Shown here: one piece after another, positions 26,154 to 41,808 of the stretch | Numbering within the stretch: the stretch's first letter is position 1 | Layout of the letters: each line of letters opens with the position of its first letter | Source: Rhodosorus marinus CCMP1338 | Lineage: Eukaryota > Plantae > Rhodophyta | NCBI GenBank assembly: GCA_029953675.1 | Contig: JAMWBK010000003.1 | Span: forward strand, 682,001 to 746,000 | Length of the DNA stretch: 64,000 bases | Reading direction: 5' to 3' | The notes under the pieces: model-generated | What the model was told of the DNA's origin: nothing | The model's input: only the letters and a program-made list of their open reading frames with translations | The model's database searches: none | Position numbers and translations under genes: made by a program

Positions 26154-26465
26154 CTACATTCCTCCTTGCTGGAAAACAAGCGCATCGATCACATCCCCCT
26201 GCTCCATTTCTAGCTTCTCCGGCGTATCCGTTTCTCCCACTCGATTTCCGTCGAATATGAAACGAAAAGTGTTCGGCTGGGCGCCCATCCTCTGGCAATA
26301 AACGTCCATCAGTTTCTTCAACTGCGTGGACTTCTTAATCCGAAACTGGACCTCATTCCCACCCCCATCCTTCACTCGAAGGTTAATCAAATTCGGATCT
26401 GCCTCAGTCTTAGCCTCCTGCTTCGCTTCAGTCTCGGGCTCCTTAACTTCCTCACCATCCGCCAT
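26154..26465 (-). CDS. SUMO: Small ubiquitin-like modifier
   Basis: INLRVKDGGGNEVQFRIKKSTQLKKLMDVYCQR...FRFIFDGNRV...TPEKLEMEQGDVIDALVFQQGG-M*; C-terminal diglycine present. Confidence 0.97.
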   Translation of the reverse strand: MADGEEVKEPETEAKQEAKTEADPNLINLRVKDGGGNEVQFRIKKSTQLKKLMDVYCQRMGAQPNTFRFIFDGNRVGETDTPEKLEMEQGDVIDALVFQQGGM

Positions 26466-27113
26466 CCCTACCAACAAAAATTACAACTCCACACAACAAC
26501 AACAACAAAAAAAAACAACAACGAAAACCTCCACCTCCCGCTTGCTTCTCTTACACAACCAATTCCAATCCCATTCAAGAGCAAACAAGACACAAAATAT
26601 CAAAAGGTTTAAACCCCTCTCAGGTAACCGCTCCCTCCTCCCGCCTCCCCCCAAAAGTAGTATCCAAAAGCTCTTCTACCAAAGCCCTTGCCCCTCAATC
26701 CGCATCGAAAATATCCACATCAGTCCTCATCATAAAGCAAAATCCGTCGAAAACCGTCATATATATATTCAGTCTATAAAATTAATATTGATTAGTTTAT
26801 TATGAATAAAATACTAATTTAGATACTTCAATCTATTATAGAGATTGATTCTGCATGACGCTTAGATTGTTGTTGATGAGATTTCTCCTTGTCGTTTTCT
26901 GCTTCAGGGTGAATTTTGTTCGTCTCCCGCTTTTCGCGTCTCCTTGTGCGGGTTTTCTGGTGCTTTCGGGAAGTGGAGTGATGGTGGATGGAAAACTGTC
27001 CTTTAGGAAGGTCCAGCTGACTATTAAAACAGCTGACAGAAGTGTTCCTATGCTGCAAGAAAAGCTACGCAATCATCCAGTATCGGTGCGTTCGCGCGGC
27101 ATACAGAACCTTT

Positions 27114-27147
27114 CATTTCGTGAGAGTCACATGACTCTCACGAAATG
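27114..27147. repeat. Perfect inverted repeat with 16-bp arms and a 2-nt spacer (CATTTCGTGAGAGTCA-CA-TGACTCTCACGAAATG)
   Basis: Direct read: the arms 27114-27129 and 27132-27147 are exact reverse complements. Confidence 0.95.
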
Positions 27148-27587
27148 TGGAGAAGATGGGAGAATGTGTAGGCGACCTTAGAGCGGCTGCGGCCCATGCC
27201 ATATGAGTGAGGAATATCCCGAAAGAAGCGGGACCAACCGCTACAGATTACTTCAACGTATCTGTATTGGTTGCGAGAGCAAAAGTGCCCATGAACACAC
27301 CAACAGAAAACAAGATGTTCAACATCGTTCGTTTTCCAGGCCTAGAGACAATATGAAGACATTAGGAGCAATGGCGAGAAACTGAATCAGTGAGGAACAA
27401 GCATGAGAAGAGTAGAGCAGATAACAGATCTGTCTCTCCATTCCTCAGAACGTGAAAACATCTTCAGCTTTCTTGGTCTTTTTTCAGTTTTGCTGGTCAC
27501 GCGGTCGTTTATATAGTTGCTCATACCAATCTTTCCTTCCGGGGCAATGCGGGTTTTCCAGAATTGAGCATATAATCACAAGCTGTT

Positions 27588-28493
27588 TTATGAGCACCTT
27601 TTTTCTCTGGCCATCACCTCGTCCGAAAATTCTATGGTGTAGAGTGTCATTGGTGGGTACGTTCTTTCGCTGTCGTTGGCATTGTACGCGTGCACTTTTG
27701 CGGGCTGTTTGGAGTAGTTCGTTATTCGATGAAGAAAAAGCAGAACAGTTAGTAACAAAGCGCGCCTCTGCGTGACGGACACTGCCCGATTTCACTCTTG
27801 GGGAGTCTAGATTTCGAAAAAACAGAGTGCTTACAAATCCAGCGGACTCCAGCACGCCTGCGATGATGCCTGCGACGAAGGCGGCACAGTTCATTGATCC
27901 ATAGTCTTCAGGAACAGAGACAAATGTGTTAACCAGCGGGTCACGCTCTTCGATAAAGTCTGTAGAGAACAAGGTCCAAATTGCGTCAGCCTGTCCGATT
28001 GAAATCTAGTTTTTTCGATGGACACTTCGACTGATTGCTTACAAGACGACTCGGACTCGCTCACTTTGCGCAAATTCTCCGGTTGTTTGCCGAAGAGAAA
28101 CTTCCAAACAGGATTGAAAACAAAAGAGAGGATCTGCAGCACTTTTGTCGATCTGGTGGGAACCTTCTCTCTGCCCATTCGATTCAGCGGGAAACTGAAC
28201 TATCAGGGCACTTGTGGTAGGCAACGTGTAGCAAATGGAGAGGAACCAAAGTCGTACCGGATTGCAACAAGCTCAAGAGCTCGACTCCCGACGCGCCTTC
28301 CGATATCGTTTAGCTTCTCCTCCAACCCTGTTGTCGACCGAACTCGCTTCCGGGAGTACTGAACAATCTCGGAGAAGAGAAGAGCGTACGCAGAAAAGCT
28401 AACCTCTCTTCGGTTTCCTAGCGGTTGGCTTAATACTGAGAACGACTGGGTACTTTTCGGCCCCAAACCATCCGACTTACGTCTACGATCCAT
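27588..28493 (-). CDS. TRAPPC5: TRAPP complex subunit 5 (Trs31), multi-exon
   Basis: EVSFSAYALLFSEIVQY, VWKFLFGK, IEERDPLVNTFVSVPEDYGSMNCAAFVAGIIAGVL and PAKVHA...IEFSDEVMARE. Confidence 0.92.
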
Positions 28494-30152
28494 ATGGAAG
28501 TCCGCTCTAGTGGAGTCCGCGGTGCCCTCAAAAATGAGAGAGCACGTCAACGTCGTTGTTCAAAAGTTTCTTTTCGTGATGTCCGTTTCAACCCAGTTCA
28601 CATCTTAACAACGGAAAAAGCAAATTTCTCGAAGCATAGAAACTAATCGTCTCTCAAGGTCCAAAGTTCGCCGCCCGATAGCACTCCGATTCGGATCTCT
28701 TTACGGGCAAAGCACCAGGAGCATAACACGTGCTTGCTCAGCGAGCATACACAGGAGCTGCCAGGTTATTGACGTGCGTTGATGAACCTTCTCAACTTGG
28801 AAGAGAGTCTTGGTGATCAGGGTGCACGCAACAGAAACGTTGGGGTGGTCAACAGCACTGTACTGGCAACTACGTTATGTCCTGGAAAGGGGAGTACAAC
28901 AGGACAATACGTACGTATTGGGAAACATGGGGCTCTGTATCTAACAGTATAGATCCATTCATTGATAAAACTATCAATAGATACCTATAATTAAGTTAAT
29001 GCTCCCAGTGGTGGATCATGGTCACCAAAAAGCTAGTTAACTCTGGTTAAGTGTCACCAGCCGAAACGTATTCATTTGAGAATTAATCGACGCAGTTCCT
29101 TCGTGCTTGAATTATGATTTTTTTTCGATTTTGTCGTCTGTTCCTTGGCTTTACTATTCATACTACAATTTACAATGTAAACCTGTACTTCTATCGTTGT
29201 TCGTCTCAATATGTTATAATACGAAAATATTTTAGATAAAAGCAAGATGCATATGTAAAGAAGCAATATGATTGGAAAACATCTTTTGTTTTATATAGAA
29301 ATTAAATGTATGATTTTTTGATTGGAGAATGAGCGGATCACTGCTATCTCATTTGAAAACTTCTCCTAGCGTGATTTCGGAATCGAGAATGTGGCGCTTG
29401 GGGGGACGGTTTTTTTTTTCTCATGGGTTTCAACCTGGAGACCCTTGGACACGTCCGCTTGTATTGCGAGAGCTAAGGCGAAGTGGTTTTCACGCAACTC
29501 CTGGGGTGAAGGCCAAAGTAACACGAGCTTGGTAACTCCCCCATTATATCGTGATCGGTTCACCTAGACTGTGTTCGAAGCAGAACTGTTAGACTAAAGA
29601 TACGTTTCAATCTATTCACGCACTCTATATACTCATGAGGGGACTTCTACCGCGCTATTACTCTGACCAAAGGAGCTAGATTTAGGCTCGAACCGCGAAC
29701 AATGGAGAATACAAGTCCAATATCAGCAACTACACTCGCAGGAGTCCTGAACCACACCTCGTCCTGAATTTGCTAGTGAAGGTGAACAAGACTCCCATCC
29801 CATCCGTGAAATGCCCGCACACACGATGCTGTCCGCGGTCCATCCAAGAGGCTGAAAGGCCTAGACGGGTTTTACTATTGGAAAGAATAACCAACGCAGG
29901 CAATAGATCCACTCATTTGTTTCCACAAGATTCCATAGTCTGCGATACACGCCCGCCCAGCAGGATCTGCCGCAACTTTTCCGTTGCTCATCAACAAAAC
30001 CTGCCAGACACAACGGGACTTTATTCAACTTTTTATTTAACTTAATTATCAAACTAAGAATGCAATGACATGGGGTAAAAGTACTCATTTCGAACGGTAA
30101 ATTAGGAAACTTGATTCAGTTTTATGCATATTAAAGTTTTACCGTGCACGGC

Positions 30153-31472
30153 ATGTGGTCATCGGATTCGGAAGGCCAGAGCGAGGCGGAGGAACAGGAC
30201 TTGGAAGAGGAGCGCCTCGGTTGCGAAGGTAGGAGAAGAGAAGACCAGAAAGGTATCTGAAAGGTTAATTTCCTGAAATTCTTGTTCTGTGGGAGGAGAA
30301 ATGGGAAAGGCTCGCAAAGTGGTAAGTTTTTTTTTTTGGTTTTCCAACCGTCTTTCTTCTTCATTCCTGAGCCCTGGACAGGGTTTGAGCACGAGCTCGT
30401 CATTGAGAGCTACAAATTGCATGCGTTCCCAATCTGGCGCTTAGCGTGTCACTGGGCAGTTTAGTAGGTGTTGAGCTGGTGATATGTTGTTTCAACCTCC
30501 TTGTTTCCTATCCTTCGGTCGGGTTGCCTGGGTTGCCCACTGATCATCGAACGCAAGAGCATGGGAATGCACTTGGACCAGCTCAACACCGTCTGCCCGA
30601 TAAACTGATCCCTAACTGAGTGTTATGTTCCGATTTGTTTTTTTTTGTTCTTCCTGAAGGCCGGCTGTGTGCCGGTGAGGATTCGAAATGGTACGGACGA
30701 GTACGAAGTTTTGCTTGTCAAATCTCGCTGGGTAGAAGGCGTGTGGCTGTATCCGAAGGGAGGAGTAGAGGAACATGAAGAAGCAAAGATGAGCGCGATT
30801 AGGGAAACCCGAGAGGTACTGTTTCGACTAGCTTTCATGTCAAACGTTCTGCTTGGATTGAAACCGGTTTCTTAACCTCTGGAGAATCATCGCTGCTTTA
30901 TCTTTCGGTTTTGACCAGGAGGCTGGGGTAATTGGTCGATTGGGACCAAAACTTGGTAGCTACAAGTCTTCGACAGGGAAAGAGGTCCACAAGATGTGGA
31001 TATTGTTTGTTGAAGAGGAGTATGACGAGACTGACAAGAGATGGAAAGAGGTAAATCCAGTTCCGAATCTTTTTGCATTCTGCTGTTGGAAGGAGTGGAG
31101 ATGGAGCTAATGGAAGTTTTGTTCATCTCGGTTCCTTTCTCTCTTAGAGGGGAAAGAGGGCGAGGCACTGGTATTCGCTACCTGAGGCTGTCAAGATTAT
31201 TGAAGACGTGGGTGAGGAGTAAGTTCTCGACATCCTGAATCATGAGGACAACCTTTGAAAGACTTCATGCCTTGTAGGAACTGTTTCGTCCTTTGCTAGG
31301 CCTAAAACCTTGCGTCCACGTTCGTTTTTTTTCATCCCAAAGGAAGTTTCGCCCTGAGCTGAAGAAGATGACGACAAAGACCATGAAAAAGCTGGACAAA
31401 TTGAAGGACGACGGAGCCCCCAACAGCGAGACATTTGAGGATGACGATGCTGACGAGGAGGAGGATGGGTAA
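30153..31472 (+). CDS. Nudix hydrolase of the diphosphoinositol-polyphosphate phosphohydrolase (DIPP/NUDT3-like) type, multi-exon
   Basis: AGCVPVR...EVLLVKSRW...WLYPKGG and a complete Nudix box GGVEEHEEAKMSAIRETRE|EAGV; ERGKRARHWYSLPEA; last exon KFRPELKKM...acidic tail, stop at 31470-31472. Confidence 0.8.
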
Positions 31473-31830
31473 ACACCCCCCCCCCCCCAAACCGGCACCG
31501 AAAACGACCAATACATGAAGCTTTGATATCTTTAGGAGGGTCCCTCAGGCTGAACGCGCTTATCTGGAAACACACGGCGTGAAAGGAGCCCGTGAGTATC
31601 ACTCATGTGCGCTGTCGTTGGCCGAGCGGTTCGAGCTGAGGTTAAGGAAGCCCTGCCTCGGACTAGCGCAATGGGCAAATTGAGCCGCACCATTATGCGA
31701 GCAAGAACTTCCAGGCACACACGCGGTTCGTCCCTACTTTCTACCCATAAGGTGGTCAAAAGTTGCGGTCTCGTGTTCATATATTCTTCCTGTTCACGTA
31801 TTCTTGCTTTGCCCGTTTGTACTGCATGCT

Positions 31831-33369
31831 TCAAAAAAATTCTGAATTTGCAAAGTCTGCTTCTACGTCGTCGTTTCGACGGTCACCTCCACCAGCTGCC
31901 GGGTTAACCGTGACATTAAGATTAATAGATTTCCCATCCTGCTGTTCTGGCTGTGAATACCCTTGCGCCTCCCTCCTCCTTTCAGTCCTTGAAGATACCA
32001 CTCCGTCGCTCTCTTCTTCTGCTTGTCCCCATGGCCTCCACAATTTCGATGCCGTAGTCGCCCGCTGGTTTTTCTTTCCAGTTATTGTGAATTGGATCAG
32101 ACACCCTACCGCCCCAAGCAGTAGAAACGATCCAAAGTAGAGCCACAAATATAGATTCGAAATATCCTCTTGAGAAAGGCCTTGAAGGTCTGGGAAATGG
32201 CCAGCGAAATGACCTGGAATGGTTAGCAGTGCAAGGACGACTTTCACGGTTAGAAGCTGTACAGGAACGACTTTGGCTGCCATTCTGAAATATCCTTCAA
32301 CAGTACAAAGTGATTATAGGTGTTGAGGCCTGCTCACCAATGCCATAAACAGTTGCGAAGGAACCACCGAAGGACGTGGCAATGATAACCATCTGTTTCT
32401 GCATGCACATGGTGATGATTCCAGTGATTATGCCCAGAACTCCCATAGCAACATACAGTGCTATTTGTGGGTTGCTTGGCAAAATCTTGTCGTAGAGGAC
32501 GGTTTGCCTGAGGACAAGTGCCCCTGTGACCCCGAGAGAAGCGCCTGTGGACGAAGTAGAGAAGCGCGCTTTAAGAGCTGATAAAGGCAAAAATGTATCT
32601 TGGATTTTTGTTAAAATCCTTCTCAAAACAGGGCCGCGCGTAGAGCTTACCCAAGAGAAATATTCCAACGGCAACAGCTTTGATGGCCACAACTCCAACT
32701 ACTAAACCTCCCAAAACTGCTGCGGTTATCGTACCCCAGGATTCTGCAGATGTCCCCTCCAATGTCGCTTTCACTGCGAAGTAGAAGAACCCTCCCCCCA
32801 ACAAGAATCCCGTTACGAACAAGATCGGAGTGAATAGAAAGTAGCCGAAGAAACACGCCAAAAGTCCAATTGGAATACAAAGCCCAATTAATATGGCTCG
32901 GTATTTGGCAAGCGTCTCCTCAGCAGCATCGAGAACACTTTCCGTAGCTCCCTTCACTACATCATTCGCCGCTTCGGTCAGATCTTCCGCATCCTTATCG
33001 AGTCCGGATTCCTCGGCAGCTTCGAGCACATCCTTGGCACGCTCCCCCAGCGACGATGGGTCCGAATTGTCGTCCTCGTGTTTAGCCTCCTCAGCGCTGG
33101 TCCTCGGAATGGTCACCGCCTGGTGTAGAATCCTGTCAGTCACCTCTAGCGCGTCACCAAATGCAGCCGTATCGACCGCTACGCCTCCGAAACGAAATCT
33201 CGAAACCTGTCAGATCGTTAAGAGAACCAATTTTGAGTACGAAGGAAAAGCTAGCCAGGATTAGTCCAAAGCAGTTGGTCCATGCAAGCCGTACCTCTTC
33301 ATCACCGAAGGCATTGACCGCCAGCAACAAGCACAGCAGAACGGCTTGAGATTGACTGAAAATATTCAT
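31831..33369 (-). CDS. DUF4203 (TMEM198/TM7S3-like) multi-pass membrane protein with a signal peptide and acidic luminal region
   Basis: Signal peptide MNIFSQSQAVLLCLLLAVNA; IGLLACFFGYFLFTPILFVTGFLLGG, IIATSFGGSFATVYGIG and GCLIQF; exons joined by GT-AG introns. Confidence 0.8.
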
Positions 33370-35258
33370 CCGAACGTCGGCAGAGGCCAGAAGCGAGCCG
33401 CGATAAAAACAATTAAAACCCCCCTCCAGCAAAACAAAAGTCGAGCTTTATTCAAGTCTGGCCGGTTCTTAGAAGTAGTTCGCTTCGCAAAGCCTCCGTG
33501 CTAGTGCTCTGCCGCTCAGAAGCATTCCCCCCCGCCCAGCCCAAGCACTCACTAAACCAGCACAACAGCATTTGTAAGCAATAAAACCCACCCAAATCCT
33601 AGTTTTGTGCATCCGCGGAATTGGGTCTGATGTGTTACTGAAGCCCTGGGACGAAGAAAAACCAGAGCTAGGAGACGACACAGTACGAAGTACAACTAGA
33701 CATTCCCATCTACTACCTCTTGTTTCATATTTTCGGGTCCAAAGGATGGGCTTCGACGCCAATGGGAAACCCTCACCGAGCTAAGTTGTGCAGAAAGGGA
33801 CGCAGTATGCCATTCCACGGTCAACTTGGGCTGAGTGTCCGCTGGATGGTAGTGCCGTTTCTCCAAGTGAGAGCGACCACTGCAAGGATCTCTCCTTTTA
33901 ATCTGTAGAACTTGAAGATTACAGCTGGTAGAGGCACCTACAAAAGGTCAGCCCTCCACATCCTCACCCAACCTGACCCTCGTTCTAAACCTTCAGGTCA
34001 ATGAGCGGCACCTGCCATCGCTATGCATCTGGCCACATATGAACCTCTAAACATTAAACTAATAATCAATCTATGTCAACGAATTAATTACCTCCGCATG
34101 TCCTGCTCCTTAATTATAACCAATTAAAATACTACACGCGTTTGTATCCAATAAAGAGTAACTTTTCAAGTTTACATACAATCATAAATTTACACGCGTC
34201 TAAAGGGTTTATTTATTCTAAAATTCCAATACGATAATAAATTGAAATTTTGGTCCTCTATGGCCGTATTTCCGTTTGGCTGAGAAAAATAAAAAAAACA
34301 AACATAGAAAATCGTCTGTGATTAAGATCCGAGCTTTGAAAACTGAAATTTGGATGAATTAGGAGCATAGCGTAGTTTTTGTTTGATAAAACTTATTTTT
34401 ATATTGTATAATTGTAATTTCATGGATGGTTAGTTTTTTAAATGGATTTTTAATGGTCGAGAGATCGCAAGGCAATGTATGCTCAGCTGATGTTACGGCA
34501 GGTGGACGATGTGGAGGTAGGGGTAGGGTTTGGACTTGGAGCTCTGCTTTATGAACGATGAGTTGTCTTCTATTGGATTACTGTTAATCAGGATGTAAAT
34601 TTCAGTAACGTTGATAGAAAGATCTGTATCCACTATTTGTTTTTCCGTTTTTTCTCTTCTGGTAGTTTGTAGCTTCTTCGTCTAAACGGATGTACGAGAA
34701 GCAGTGACAGGAGATCTTCTAGTAGTACTTGTTCAACAGAAAAAGGAAAACAAAAAAGGAAACAAAAGCTGAGTAAGATCATCAGCTCTGAGAACAGAGA
34801 GCCTAAGAAGAGTCTATCCAGCCTGGAAACTGTTTTTTTTACGTCAGGAGCAATAATTTCCCGATGTTGTAGAGCTGAGAACACGGGATGGGAGAGGACG
34901 GCAAAATCTCAGGTGGAGGTTGGAATCGGCCTGAGCTTTTGTTTGCCATGTGTCCTCCGTGTATTCAAGCTTTTAACAAGCACCTGAAAGCTTGCTTCTT
35001 TCGAGGAAGCGAAATAGTGGCCCTCTCTGATCTGAATACCAAATTTGCAGATTGGTCGGGCGGTACTTTCAGGAGACGTCGCCTTAATAGCGCGTCACGT
35101 GCATTCGTTGTCATTACATTTAGACGTGAACAGATATTGAGGATCACTGAAGTTGCTTTCTCAGAAGAGGTGCGGGAGGAAAGATTATTTTCACATCTCT
35201 CTTAGCTGCCTGGTTTGTGCTGCTGGGCATTATATAGGGGCCAGTTTTCAGTTCGTGA

Positions 35259-38300
<3,042 letters not shown>

Positions 38301-39572
38301 TGGAATCAACAACGGGTTCGTCAGACAGGGTCGTTTCTGGCGAATTGGAAGGCGGCAAGTCATGGACTCTCATTCTTTACTGCGAGTACTGATCCATAAT
38401 AAACGCAAGGCCAAAAAAAGAGGAACACCACCAGCGCCACACACTGCCCTGCACTTCGGTTCCAAGTTTTTCTGCTGAGACGGCGGAACTGGGAACTAAA
38501 TAGCTTCCCGGCGAAACTCTTCAGTCTTCACACTCTGCCGAATGTAGGATCTATCTGCGGGCTACTGTGAATGTGCATCTCTCAAGATCCCACCCAGCGA
38601 AGAAGGTATTTGAGCTCTTGAGACATAATCTTGGAAACGATTCTTGTGTTTTTGTGTGTGCCGGTTAGGTAGCGAAAGCAATTAAGGTGGCTGCTGTATA
38701 GGAAAAATATGTTGGCAGATCTATCGCTATCTTTTACGTGTAGTGATTTATACTGTGCTCTTTGTCCGAGCTCTTCGGACTTTCCAAGCTTCACTGGTAT
38801 CTGGATTCCCTTGGAGGTTTCTCCCGTCAAAAACTTTTTTCCGCTTCAAACTCAACAACAACAAATAAAATTGTTCTCAGGACCCCACTGGCAGTAGACG
38901 AAGCTCCTAGAGACTCCAGGGCGCCATTCCTATACATGACACTCGCCATATCCCGCTTTGGAGCAGCCAACTGTCAGTTGCGCATTCCCCATTTTCTCAA
39001 CGCGACTGAAAACGAACACAGCGACCAAAAACTAAAGCACAGGGGTTTGAGACACCCTATACAACTCCCAGGATTCACTCAGAGCTTGTCTTGGTGTTGC
39101 TTCACTCAGGAGGATCTTTACCGTTCCATGACGAAGAAGGCTTTTCTCTTCTGCGTTGAGAACAACAAACCCTGTCCCAAACTACTACATGTCCCAACTA
39201 TGTGGGACATCCACCCCGTTTTTACTTAGTTTTATTGGACGACGACGGTGCGGACGAAATGGCAATGAAGGTTTGGAAATGCCTTTGGGAAGGAGAGGTT
39301 TGGTAGAGAGCCATTCTGGTTTTTTGACTATTCACCGAGGAGGTTGTATGTCTGTGAAAAGGTGTTGGCATTGAGCTTTATGACCTGTTTGCGTGCGTGT
39401 GTTTTTTTTTTTTGTTTGGTTGTGGGGCCACCTCGAATCTGTTTGAAGGAGCAAGGCGTTTGAAGTCTGGTATGTTTTTTCGTTTTACTTCTGCGGAAGT
39501 GCTGGAGAAGAAGCAGGTTCTCTACTCAGAATAGAAAAACAGTTGAAACTTGAGGATTAAGAGGAAGGAGCG

Positions 39573-41043
39573 ATGGAGTTGGAGTCGTTCAAGGAACTTA
39601 AAATTGAGTCGGATGAGTCAAAGGAGAAGGCAGCTACGTCTGGTTTGTCCTACGATGACCTGGAGGTAATCTCGAGGAAGTCTAGGGTGAAAACTAAAGA
39701 CAAGATGGATAGAGCAACGAACGAACAGGTGGGTTGGATTGACTTGTGGATGGAGAAACATCCTCGAAGGTCCTTTCCCACAGAAAAAAGGCTCATGCAC
39801 CGCTGGACTTTTGTGGCTTTTTGTGCAGGTTCTGGACCCCAAGACAAGAATGATTTTGTTCAAGATGCTCTCCAGAGGTAATCTGAAGGAGCTAAACGGA
39901 TGCGTTAGTACAGGAAAGGAGGCGAACGTGTATTCTGCCATCGCCGGCGATGGTTCTCCTGCAGCTGTCAAAGTGTACAAGACCTCCATTCTAGTTTTTA
40001 AAGACCGTGACAAGTACGTCAGTGGTGAGTTTCGGTTCCGCCGAGGTTACAACAAACACAACCCGCGGGAGATGGTTCGCGTTTGGGCTGAGAAGGAGTT
40101 CAGGAACTTGTCCCGGCTGCGGGCAGCTGGAATTCTCAGTCCCGAGCCGGTTTTTCTGGATAGACATGTTCTCGTTATGTCATTTTTCGGCACAGACGGC
40201 TGGGCTTGTCCGAGGTTGAAGGACGCCAAGGTATCGACGAGGAAGCTAGCTGAGATGTACGTATCTTGTGCTGTTATCATGCGCCAGATGTTTCACATCG
40301 CAAACCTTGTACACGGAGACCTCAGCGAGTACAACCTGCTCGTAGAGGGTTCCAAACTGGTGGTAATCGACGTCTCTCAGTCCGTTGAGCATGACCATCC
40401 TTACGCGTTGGATTTTCTCAGAAGAGATTGCTTCAATGTGAACGCCTTCTTCAACAGAAAAGGCGTCCAGGTCCTCAAGGTGAAGGTGTTCTTCGAGTAC
40501 ATCACGAGCTTGGCCGGTTCGCAAGAGGTCGATTCTTACGAACAAGTCGTTCAGGACTTACTCTCGAAGGAGGAGAACCAGTGGAAGGAATCTGAAGAGG
40601 AAGAGGAGGCTACGGACGAAGCCGTCTTTCTTAATACTCCGATCCCAAGGACCCTACACCACGTCGAGGATATTGAACAGGATCTGCAGCTCATGAAAGA
40701 GGGAGGTGGTGAGTCTTTGCTGTACCGGAAGATTGTTGGTATCGCTGGAGCTGAAGAAGATGAGTCAACGCATAGCTTTGGGTCGTTGCCAAGTCCGTCG
40801 AAGGAGGAGGAGGAAGGGGGTGAGGTATCAGACGCAGAGAGCAGCGAGGGGAGTGACCTTGAAGGCAGTAGGAGCGAAGGCAAGGTTGAAGAAGGTAACG
40901 GGGACGAGTCAGCGAAGCTAGAGCTTAGTAGGAAGGAGCGGAAGAAGAAAGTGAAAGAAGAGCAGAGAGAGAAAAGAAAGACAAAAGTTCCGAAGAAGGT
41001 GAAGAAACGGCGACAAGTGTTGGCGCGGCGAAATAAGGGATAA
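39573..41043 (+). CDS. RIO1: RIO1 atypical Ser/Thr kinase (40S ribosome maturation), 2 exons
   Basis: DRATNEQ|VLDPKTRMIL, STGKEANVY, WAEKEFRNL, LVHGDLSEYNLL, IDVSQSVEHDHP, and an acidic then Lys-rich tail. Confidence 0.93.
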
Positions 41044-41628
41044 AGTTCCTTTCCAAGAGATGTTCGGATTATCGAAACGAGTTTTTAAGCGCCTATTTTT
41101 AATATACACAACTGCATCAAGAACGATTGGGAAACTCGAGCGGCGGAGATCTCTAGTACCACTGCATTGCCCGTACGGGTTTTTGCACAGGACCGCCTGA
41201 CCTTGCCTCAGTCTCTCAAATCGAGCACCAGGGTGGTTTGCTACGGTCAGACAGTAGAGAGAGTTGAAACGCCTTTCTATCTCCGAGGAAAAAGAGTGCT
41301 CCTGAACAGGCCAAAAAATAATCCATATTTGATGGATTGCTTCCAGAATGGTAGTGCCTTGACTGCTAGCCTTCCTCGCTCCTCGAGAAGAATCCAGGCA
41401 CCAGAGTCTGCCGTTAAACAGGCTCGCGTTTCACACGTGAATCTCCAGCTTCGTATGTGTCTGTTGGGCAACGCGGCGGCTGAAATATGAAGATCCGGAA
41501 ACGCGCCACTGAAAACGATCGTTCCTAGCGCTAGTGAACGGTTCCAAAATCCTCAAGAGCTCAGGCAGCAGTGCTCGAGTCACCAAAACAAGACCAGAAA
41601 AAAAAAGGAAGTACGCTTCGTTGTTTCT

Positions 41629-41808
41629 TCAACTTGAGATCCTCCTAACTTCCGCGAAGAGACTTCCACACTTCCTACATTTGCCACCCGTCGCCACCTT
41701 CTGAGCACACGTCTTGCAGAGGATTTCACAATCGCACGGGCAACATTTGTAACCGATCTCCTGCATACTACATATCCAGCAAGTTTTAGAAACTTCCATT
41801 GGTTCCAT
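41629..41808 (-). CDS. 59-aa stand-alone RING-like zinc-finger microprotein (C4C4 variant); not in the supplied ORF track
   Basis: MEPMEVSKTCWICSMQEIGYKCCPCDCEILCKTCAQKVATGGKCRKCGSLFAEVRRISS*, with C-x2-C-x11-C-x-C-x3-C-x2-C-x9-C-x2-C spacing. It lies downstream of its own AT island (42000-42170) and G-rich leader. Confidence 0.75.
   Translation of the reverse strand: MEPMEVSKTCWICSMQEIGYKCCPCDCEILCKTCAQKVATGGKCRKCGSLFAEVRRISS

Noticed and set aside
28436-28480. 45-nt in-frame GTAAGT...CAG candidate intron in TRAPPC5
   Set aside because: There is no branch-point motif, and the retained sequence (STQSFSVLSQPL) resembles the N-terminus of plant Trs31, so it is probably exonic.
28905-28920. 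16-bp palindrome CAATACGTACGTATTG (and GATCCCAATTGGGATC at 58140-58155)
   Set aside because: Palindromes with 8-bp arms are expected about once per 64 kb, so two is unremarkable.
29325-29375. TGCTA...TTGAAAACTT resembling U4 snRNA stem I region
   Set aside because: No U6-pairing stem II, complete kink-turn or Sm site in the correct context.
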